In this document: positions 50,589-61,000 of the stretch, piece after piece
Layout of the letters: every line of letters begins with the position of its first letter
Position numbering within the stretch: the first letter of the stretch is position 1
Source: Tubiluchus corallicola
Lineage: Eukaryota > Animalia > Priapulida
DNA: 64,000 nt
Assembly: GCA_030141605.1 (NCBI GenBank)
Contig: JAQGDQ010000061.1
Span: 241,534-305,533 of the forward strand
Direction of reading: 5' to 3'
The notes under the pieces: model-generated
What the model was told of the DNA's origin: nothing
The model's database searches: none
The model's input: only the letters and a program-made list of their open reading frames with translations
Program-made: the position numbers and the translations under genes

Positions 50589-53500
50589 TATTTCTGTAAC
50601 TTATGTAAAACTTTTGCATTTTTTACAGCCATTATTTTACTGTAGATTATCGTCTACGTTTTTAGTTATCGTTCCAAACTATAACTTTATCGCTGGCCTG
50701 GAGCTGGGAGTCAAGAAAGAAATGCTTGAGCGCTGAAAGAGTTACAAGCCATTGAGTCGCATAGAAAAAACCGTTCTTGACCTACATAAGACCCTATCAT
50801 TAGCACAGCGTGCATGAGCTTTGCTCGTGCTCATTTTTTAAGGCATAAAGCTTCGCGGATCTAGGAGTATACAATCGCTGATTTCTTTCCTTTCATTATG
50901 TTAGACATCCGTATTTACACTTTTTAATTCATGTCAACTCGCAAACCCAGAGGGCTAACGTCATGAAACTTACAAGGTAGGAGCCTTGAAAGTGGTGTGG
51001 TGAACGGTAACATCGGTCAAAGGGTAAAGGACACCGGGCATCAACTCCTCCTAGGGTTTTGAACCACACTCACCTAGGCATACCCAAATGTAAACACGGT
51101 TACGGCTTTGCGCTCGTAAATTTGGATCTGAGTTCATTCAGTGTTGCTTGAATAACATTCACTGTTTTCGCATTGATTGTTTTACAAAATACATCTCACT
51201 GCTTTTAATTATAAAAAGTGAATTCAATATAATATGCAGTAAGATCGACGGCTTTTAAAAACGAAATTTGTGTTGCATTTTTGTGTAGAAAATTCCGAAA
51301 GATTTCGCGAATTAAAAATCCTATTATTAATAATATAATATGACAATATTCCCGAATTATTATAAATAAAATAATGTGTGTAAATCTGATAGCGGCCCTT
51401 CCGGCAATATGTTCATCTATGTTTGGAAGACTCTGCTAGGAAGACTTCAAACATTTGGTGTTTAACGCCACCAAGTTTGCGGTTAAAAGTAGTAAACTTT
51501 GATAAATGAAAATGGAGACAGAGAATAAAAATATGAATGCAAGTTTGATTATTGGAACTGTTATGACTAAATTTACTAGCTATCGAAGCGACCATTGATA
51601 TAAACCTGGCAAGTAAAACTTGGAAACTGCCAACTGCTTGTTTTAATAAATGAAATTTCGCTGACATTATATATGCAAAATTATCATTGTATATAGATTA
51701 TCTCATAATTATCATTGTACAAACATAATTGTGACAGTACATTTGCTATAGTTGTAGCTATTGCTCATATAATTATAATGGCTTTATTTGCATTTATAAC
51801 TATGTGAATTGTACTTATGACGTTAAACCTATTCTCCTGACTTGTCTATCTTGTTTATAGAATGTTGGGAACACACAGAACGAGTATTGAACCGACAGTT
51901 TTATATCCTTTTACTGAACAGACTCGGTATTGCTCTACTTTAGTCGTTTATTTCTTTCGCCACAAAATATGTTTTCTGAGATCTGGCTAATTACATAACA
52001 ATAATACTAGTTTTCTGGGGGTTGTGAAAATTTGCAGCCTGATGGTATCATTAATGCCCGACTTGAAGCCGAGGGCTTTAATGATGCCAGAGTCCTTCAA
52101 GTGAAAGGCCGAGGAATGTAAATGATGACGCAGCTTGCCATTGTTTTTTTTCAGTAGAGTTCTATTGTTGCTATTGACGATGGGCTATTATTGGTCACTA
52201 ATGTCCGTTGTTAGTGACGACAGGCAGTTTTCACGTCCGTTGCTATTGACGACCGATGGTTACAGTCTTTGAAGCCCTGTCATTCTCATTTAGGGCTGCC
52301 ATTGTTTAAATAAAGCCCGCGCTCTGAACGTTAATGTGAAGGAATGCCGTTTGTATTAGTTATTAATAAACAATTAAATAAATATGACCTTGCATTTTGT
52401 TGTTTGTTTTCATATTTACCTTTAAGGTATTTTAAGATGTCTTGTATCCATCATTTTTGCGATAATATTGCGATATTATTACTATGATCGTTCAGGACCA
52501 GCTCTAGGCAATTTGACACCCTAGGTAAAAGTGTTTTACCGTCACTCCTCAACTCCCACGCACGATTCCCACACCAATCGAATCCTTCTACTGTTCAATG
52601 TCCACCAGCTTTTTACCTTTCGTTTCCTGAAGGCTTCGATTTCTTATAAGTTAATGTGCCATAATTAGGTTAATGTTACTGCAAGAAACTTTTTATTAAC
52701 GGAAGGATCCTACTTAGCTCTGCTATGCATACAGCACAAATCATAGTAAAAGCAGGGCAATACACTAGTGTGCCAGTATATTCAGTAGTGTCTGCCTGAA
52801 ATGACGTAATTGTAGGTAGCTATGTAAAGCAACGGTGTATTTTTAGCTTGAAAATAGTGCTAGAAACATTTTTAATTTAATTAACGTGTTGTGTACTTAA
52901 GCAATCACAAACATAACTTGTTATTATAATTATTTACGCCAATTTAGAAACTAAAGATTAATTTTACTTCTTTAACCCCCCAAAAATTTGGCGCGCTAGG
53001 AATCATTTAGATAATGAGGAATAATGCATCAGAGGCGAGCTCAAATCCTCAGATCTGCTTCAGATAGACATAATTTCTAAAATGATTTACATAAATAGCC
53101 AGCTATTTAATTTGGCACCTCCTCTGTAGTTCCTGTTTGTAAAGAGTGTTGTTGACCTGCATGTGAACTAACAGAATTTTTAATGGACTGCAGATTTTTT
53201 TGATTTCCATCGCAATAACTAGGTCAGAATTTTCTCTAAAATAATACTGTTTTGAAAGCTGAAAGTATGCGTTAATGGAGTCAGTAGGTGCATGTTATGT
53301 GCGCAATTTCAAACTGTTGAAACACTGAACTACGTGTGTAGGTAAGCTCTGTCTCATAAGTAAGCATGTAAGCACATTTTAATCAACCACTTTCGTCGAA
53401 TTTGTAATGGAATTTTTCAGTCGACTATTTTTGTTGCCATTTCTATCCCAGTTGTCATACATCTGCAATCTGCAATTTTGAACCCTTTATCGGGTAGTCA

Positions 53501-53899
53501 CAAACGTTGTAATTTTTCTAGGCATTTATCTTTTTGCTCGAGCTTTTCATCCCCTGTCATCCAGCACACCAATGGCTTAAAAACGATTTTTTTGTCGAAA
53601 AAACTGTGAAAAAATAAATGATTAAATCGGAATAAATACAATTGGATGCATGGATCACATTTATTTCAATTTGAATTTTTATACATAGCTCTTAAAATAA
53701 GAGTACCCTTCAATCAATTATTTTAATAGATTTGGCATCCAAATCAGTAGAGACGCGATTACATTACAAGATCTGTCGTAAAATTGAATCGCGCTTTCAC
53801 ATCAATTAAATTATCGAGTAGCAATGTTTCCGCTTTAGCGCGCACACCCAAATTGAATTTCAACAAAGTAGGATGCTAGTTTTTCTTTAAAATGAAGTT

Positions 53900-54060
53900 G
53901 AAAACAGATTGACATATTGTTTGACAGGTAGTTAAATAGCACAACGATTATTATGACAGCTAATTTGGACTGCTTAGAGTCATTAGGTGTGTATGTCAAT
54001 CACGATCGAGGCCGCGCGCGTTGATAAAACTTTACCACTTAGCACAGCTGATCGGGGCAA
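53900..54060 (+). promoter_or_regulatory. Putative proximal promoter of the GDF8/11 gene
   Basis: GATTGACA (53907), TGACAG (53922, 53954), TGTCAATCA (53994), a CpG-rich patch, GATAAAA (54023) and E-box CAGCTG (54045), all within ~250 bp of the ATG. Confidence 0.4.
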
Positions 54061-54158
54061 CCCTGGAACAAATGCGCACAGACGCAGTTCACCAAAACGT
54101 TCCAGTCATGTAAGCTGTGTAACCCTTTCGTCACTACATTGAGTACTTTCAGTGCACT

Positions 54159-54732
54159 ATGGACCCTTTAATTGTTGTGCTCATCGTGTCCACGCTGTGT
54201 ACGGTTGTGCAAGCTTCACCCAAACAGCTTAACATCACTGTAAAAACGGGTATCGACGATGGTGCAGTTTACCCGAATAATGACGTCTTCACTTCGGGTT
54301 CTAGTGATTCATCTTACGGTGATAGCACTATTAACAAACAGAATCCCGCAACAGACTTATTAGACACAGACGAGTACTACTGGAAGCCGCAGTTGTCTGA
54401 ATACAATAGTGCTGAGAATAGTAGATCTAGCAATTGTACATCGTGTACAACAAATTTAGAAATGGTTAAGAAACTGCGTCTAGAAGCGATTAAGGTGCAA
54501 ATTCTTAGTAAATTGGGTCTACGGCACCCACCTAACATTAGCAAAGAGACGATGAAGCGAAAGCTTGAAGAAGTATTACCGTCATTAAATCACTTGATGC
54601 ATGATCAGACAGATGGATATGTCTCGGATGAGCCAGACAACGATTATTACTACCACAGCGAGTATTACAGTGACGATAATGAAGATTTCAAAATTCAGCC
54701 TAAACGCCTGTTTGCTCAAGCAAAAGCAAAAG
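54159..54732 (+). CDS. GDF8/11: Exon 1 of a myostatin/GDF11/myoglianin-type TGF-beta precursor (signal peptide plus N-terminal prodomain); remaining exons not found in the window
   Basis: Signal peptide MDPLIVVLIVSTLCTVVQA; CTSC...LRLEAIKVQILSKLGLRHPPNISKE (compare myostatin CNAC...[24 protein letters not shown]); acidic DDNEDF..PKRLFA segment; phase-1 donor g|gtagta at a position equivalent to myostatin intron 1. Subfamily cannot be confirmed without the mature domain. Confidence 0.85.
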
Positions 54733-56245
54733 GTAGTATTCATTTATTTATTATTTCAAATAGACTACAAAGTTAGTTAAATTCAGTTTAATTGAAAACA
54801 AAATATAATTGTTATACAAATAACACTAACGGTGGTTGTATACACTATACATATATACATATGCTGTACTATGTAGGCATAAATAGTATTTATACAATCG
54901 CAATGAACTTTAATTTAATTAAAATATGAACAAATTAATTAAAAATGATTAATGATTAATGAAGTTTAATAACGCATTGAGGCAACGTAAAACGTTACAA
55001 ATCTCTTGGTCCTGGCACATTCGCTTTTTTATGACAGTTCATAGCTTAACTTTTCATGAGGCGTATTTATTATGCATTTCGTCTAAGATCTTGTGTAAAT
55101 ATAAATCTTCAAATATGGATCTTTTTTGAAATGTTATGAAATCTTGAGAATTTCACTACACAGTTTGCAACTTTAGTAATCTTGTTTTAGTTTTGTCATG
55201 CTTACTGTTTTTCAATACTCAAACACGCAAACGTTACTTATATAGCAAAGACATAACTCCTTTTAAAGATAGACTAGTTCGTGGAAATTTAATAATAACT
55301 TTAGTAGATGGCGACACCAAGTGTACTGGCATAGTATAATTCATAATGAAGTGAAATAAATATTGCAAGTAAGTAGTGTCATCTATTGAAAAGAAAGATA
55401 AAACATTATAAGTTAGAGTTTCTTTAAATTACGTGGTCTGTAATTAGTTAAGTCGTGCTATGAAAAAAATGTACCATTTTAATAGTCGAGGTGCTTGTTT
55501 AACGAAAAGTATACCCTTAATTTAGTTTTGTTAGTTTGCATGTAACGTATATGATGAAATCTCGAGTGTAAGCCTAGTTTAGCCTATAAATTATGATTTT
55601 GCTGCTATTGATGTATCTGACCGGTGGAACTAAGTTGTTAAAAAATTACGAGTTTCGATAAAATGACACGACTTTGTCAACGCTAGGCATAACGCATCAG
55701 TTCTCGACGTCGAATTACTAGGCCGCTCTGAAATTACGAATTGTAAACTATAAAAGGGGTGCAGAATTGTATTTTTTGAAACAAGGCAATCCCATAATCT
55801 GTTCATTTTTCATTCTTTTAGCAGATTAAATTGTGACAAATTAAATGCCACCTTGCATTGTAGCGATCTATTCGCAAGAACACCTACAATTTTGGTTTTG
55901 GTCAGCGTAATGTGTAGTTGTAAGGAATCAGCTGTTCGACCAGCTGATTTCTCAGGCCAATGCCACTAATGTGTTCTGGACAAACTCAAGGAATGCGAGA
56001 AATGAGGAAAATGCATGTCAGACTCTCTACAGCCGGGGTTTAATTACGAGAAGCGTGCATAGCGCTAGATCTTAATTAGCCAGGTCACGTTAAACCCAGT
56101 AGTATAGTTACTGGTATTTGCTGTTCATTAACAAGCCACTAGTCATCGACACAATGAAGTTCTGGGAGACTTCCTTTCCTGTTTCTTTTTCTCTTTTTCT
56201 CCCTATCTTCTTTTCTCTAGCACACTTTCTCCTTCTCCCCCTTTT

Positions 56246-56251
<6 letters not shown>

Positions 56252-56307
<56 letters not shown>
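56252..56307. repeat. (CT)n microsatellite
   Basis: Directly visible. Confidence 0.95.
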
Positions 56308-56311
<4 letters not shown>

Positions 56312-58071
56312 GTCCCCGTCTCTTTGTCTAACATTTGCATTTCTGTTGAATTTGAAGTTTATGTACAGTTGTGTTGATTGCGATTGTTGCCAAAGTATTC
56401 GTTTAAAAGTTTAAAAATTTACTTGAGAAGGCATAGATCCTTAAAAATAAACAGATGAAAATATTCCTGACTCTTGAGACAGTTGAGAATAAAAACCAGA
56501 CGCAATACCGGGTGACCTTGTGTTCAGATGTTTGTAGAATACTTGTCGTAGGTGGGAGGCTGAATAAATATGTATTTTCGATGAGGTCTTACATCTACAA
56601 ATGACGTCACAGGCAGGTACGTCGAACAGTTCCATAGATAGGCAACTTTGGAGGAAATTCCAAAGTCGTGTAAATTAGCCGGCGTTACTGGGGCGCTGGG
56701 AAATTAAATACGTAAATTTATCTAGTCTATACGAAATCAGGCTTTGGATGGGTGTCCATTGACAATAATCAAAGTCAAGCAAATACGCAATGTGTACAAT
56801 TGTTGAAAACTGGACACATTCATGATATGGTTGGCCCTTCGATTCAGCTGTTCATATGATCAACCATCTAATCAATTGTATCAATAAGCACGCACACGCC
56901 AGCAAATTTGTAAAGGTAATGCGATGAATAGCAAAGAACATAGTTTTGAAGTTTTATCTAAAGTAATTTTACGTCTCTATCTTGCAAACAAAATGAGTGC
57001 GTTAGTGTATATAGTTTGAATTAAGTATAAAACTATGTACAAATTACTGCCTTAGTTCTGTAAGCGTGCAGTAGAGGTAAACCAGTTTTTTACATTTTTC
57101 AGTTGGTCTTTTAAAAATTCTCAGTTGGTCTTGTCAAAAATATGTATTCCGATTTTCAACAAACGCATAATTCTTAAACATTGTCGCACTTTATAAATTG
57201 CCAGATTTAGCTTTCAAATTAAGACACTAAAATAGGCCTGCATTAATTTATTGTATTTACCTTAATTTCATTATTTCCAAAATACACTGTTTTCTTTTAA
57301 ATTACTTTAATACATTTAAAAGTTTACTATTTGACAGGAATTTTAAATTTAAATTTAAGTAGATTAAAATTTTCAGTTGAACTCAGTTTGCGTAGGGAAG
57401 ATACACGCTTGCGTAACAGGATTTGCAAATGCAAACAGGATCTAGAAATGTCACGAGAAAAGTTATTATTTCCTCTTTGACACAATATTAGACAGCCTAC
57501 GCCCATTATAATACAAGTTTAAGTTTATTTGTTTTTGCATGTCATGTGTTCTAAAAACGCTGTACAATAGTTTATACATAAATGTACAGAAAGATTTGAA
57601 CTTAGAATAAAACACAATACAATAAAACACATGATATAAAAATAATAAATTGATCAAAGTGTCGCTGGATGCCATTTGACAGGTATAGATAACAATTACT
57701 TTCATGCCTGTAAAAAGAGGTGTGTCTTAAGCAGCGATTTAAATTTTACAAATCACTGCGCAGCATAATTTCAGAGGGAAGTAAATTCCCTTAATGTGGT
57801 CCACAGAATCTGAACGATCTGTTACACCTGAAGGTGATCATAAAAATATATCTGAATATAATCAAATTTATAGTTATAAAAATAACCTCTTTTCTAGAAT
57901 TTTATATACACACACAGCGCTGGCGTAGTAGTATTTACTATAGACAAAATCTAGTATAAAGTCAATGTTAGCAATTACACGTTTTTCATTCATTGAATTA
58001 CATAGGCTACCTCTGGTTTTCTGTAGTTAGCAAATCAGTATTACAATAATATGAAATTTTTGTAATTTCCC

Positions 58072-61000
58072 GTCTGACAAATTGGTATATCGCCCAGTTT
58101 TGTCTAGAAAGTTGGTATATCGCCGAGTTTTGTCTAACAAGTTGGTATATCGTCGAGTTTTGTCGAACAAGTTCGTATATCGCCGAGTTTTGTCTAACAA
58201 GTTCGTATATCGTCGAGTTTTGTCGAACAAGTTCATATATCGTCGAGTTTTGTCGAACAAGTTCGTATATCGCCGAGTTTTGTCGAACAAGTTCGTATAT
58301 CGCCGAGTTTTGTCGAACAAGTTGGTATATCGCCGAGTTTTGTCTAACAAGTTGGCATATCGGCGAGTTTTGTCTAACAAGTTGGCATATCGCCGAGTTT
58401 TGTCTAACAAGTTGGTGTATCGCCGAGTTTTGTCGAACAAGTTGGTATATCGCCGAGTTTTGTCGAACAAGTTGGTATATCGCCGAGTTTTGTCTAACAA
58501 GTTGGCATATCGGCGAGTTTTGTCGAACAAGTTGGTATATCGCCGAGTTTTGTCCAACAAGTTGGTATATCGCCGAGTTTTGTCTAACAAGTTCGTATAT
58601 CGGCGAGTTTTGTCGAACAAGTTGGTATCACCGAGTTTTGTCTAACAAGTTGGTATATCACCGAGTTTTGTCTAACAATTTGGCATATCGCCGAGTTTTG
58701 TCTAACAAGTTGGTATATCGCCGAGTTTTGTCTAACAAGTTGGTATATCGCCGAGTTTTGTCTAACAAGTTGGTATATCGCCGAGTTTTGTCTAACAAGT
58801 TGGTATATCGCCGAGTTTTGTCTAACAAGTTGGTATATCGCCGAGTTTTGTCTAACAAGTTGGTATATCGCCGAGTTTTGTCTAACAAGTTCGTATATCG
58901 CCGAGTTTTGTCCAACAAGTTGGTATATCGCCGAGTTTTGTCTAACAAGTTGGTATCGCCGAGTTTTGTCGAACAATTTGGTATATTGCCGAGTTTTGTC
59001 TAACAAGTTGGCATATCGGCGAGTTTTGTCTAACAAGTTGGTATCACCGAGTTTTGTCTAACAATTTGGCATATCGCCGAGTTTTGTCTAACAAGTTCGT
59101 ATATCGCCGAGTTTTGTCCAACAAGTTGGTATATCGCCGAGTTTTGTCTAACAAGTTGGTATCGCCGAGTTTTGTCGAACAATTTGGTATATTGCCGAGT
59201 TTTGTCTAACAAGTTGGCATATCGGCGAGTTTTGTCTAACAAGTTGGTATATCGCCGAGTTTTGTCTAACAAGTTGGTATATCGGCGAGTTTTGTCGAAC
59301 AAGTTCGTATATCGCCGAGTTTTGTCTAACAAGTTGGTATATCGCCGAGTTTTGTCTAACAAGTTGGTATATCGCCGAGTTTTGTCTAACAATTTGGCAT
59401 ATCGCCGAGTTTTGTCTAACAAGTTCGTATATCGCCGAGTTTTGTCTAACAAGTTGGTATATCGCCGAGTTTTGTCTAACAAGTTGGTATATCGCCGAGT
59501 TTTCAAAGTTGGTTATGCGAGTTTTGTACGTATATCGCGAGTTTTCAACAGTTGTTGCCGAGTTTTGTCTAACAAGTTGTATATGCCGATTTTCAAAAGT
59601 TGGATATCGCGAGTTTTGTCTAACAAGTTGGTATATCCGAGTTTTGTCTAACAATTGGATATGCCTTGTATATCCGAGTTTTGTCTAAATTGGATATGCG
59701 AGTTTTGTCTAACAAGTTGTATATCGCCGAGTTTTGTCTAACAAGTTGGTATATCGCCGAGTTTTGTCTAACAAGTTGGTATCGCCGAGTTTTGTCAACA
59801 AGTTGGTATATCGCCGAGTTTTGTCTATTGGTATGCGAGTTTTGTCAACAAGTTGGTATATCGCCGAGTTTTGTCTAACAAGTTGGTATATCGCCGAGTT
59901 TTGTCTAACAAGTTGGTATATCGCCGAGTTTTGTCTAACAAGTTGGTATATCGCCGAGTTTTGTCTAACAAGTTCGTATATCGCCGAGTTTTGTCTAACA
60001 AGTTGGTATATCGCCGAGTTTTGTCTAACAAGTTGGTATATCGCCGAGTTTTGTCTAACAAGTTGGTATATCGCCGAGTTTTGTCTAACAAGTTGGTATA
60101 TCGCCGAGTTTTGTCTAACAAGTTCGTATATCGCCGAGTTTTGTCTAACAAGTTGGTATATCGCCGAGTTTTGTCTAACAAGTTCGTATATCGCCGAGTT
60201 TTGTCTAACAAGTTGGTATATCGCCGAGTTTTGTCTAAAAAGTTGGTATATCGCCGAGTTTTGTCTAAAAAGTTGGTATATCGCCGAGTTTTGTCTAACA
60301 AGTTGGTATATCGCCGAGTTTTGTCTAACAAGTTGGTATATCGCCGAGTTTTGTCTAACAAGTTCGTATATCGCCGAGTTTTGTCTAACAAGTTGGTATA
60401 TCGCCGAGTTTTGTCTAACGTTGGTATATCGCCGAGTTTTGTCTACAAGTTGGTATATCGCGATTTGTCAACAAGTTGTATATCCGAGTTTTGTCTAACA
60501 ATTAAGTTGTATATCGCCGAGTTTTGTCTAACAAGTTCGTATATCGCCGAGTTTTGTCTAACAAGTTGGTATATCGCCGAGTTTTGTCTAACAAGTTGGT
60601 ATATCGCCGAGTTTTGTCTAACAAGTTGGTATATCGCCGAGTTTTGTCTAACAAGTTGGTATATCGCCGAGTTTTGTCTAACAAGTTCGTATATCGCCGA
60701 GTTTTGTCTAACAAGTTCGTATATCGCCGAGTTTTGTCGAACAAGTTCGTATATCGCCGAGTTTTGTCTAACAAGTTGGTATATCGCCGAGTTTTGTCTA
60801 ACAAGTTGGTATATCGCCGAGTTTTGTCTAACAAGTTGGTATATCGCCGAGTTTTGTCTAAAAAGTTGGTATATCGCCGAGTTTTGTCTAGAAAGTTGGT
60901 ATATCGCCGAGTTTTGTCTAACAAGTTGGTATATCGCCGAGTTTTGTCTAACAAGTTGGTATATCGCCGAGTTTTGTCTAACAAGTTGGTATATCGCCGA

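Noticed and set aside
54733-58070. Exon 2 of the GDF8/11 gene
   Set aside because: I found no phase-1 acceptor followed by TGF-beta prodomain-like sequence in this interval.
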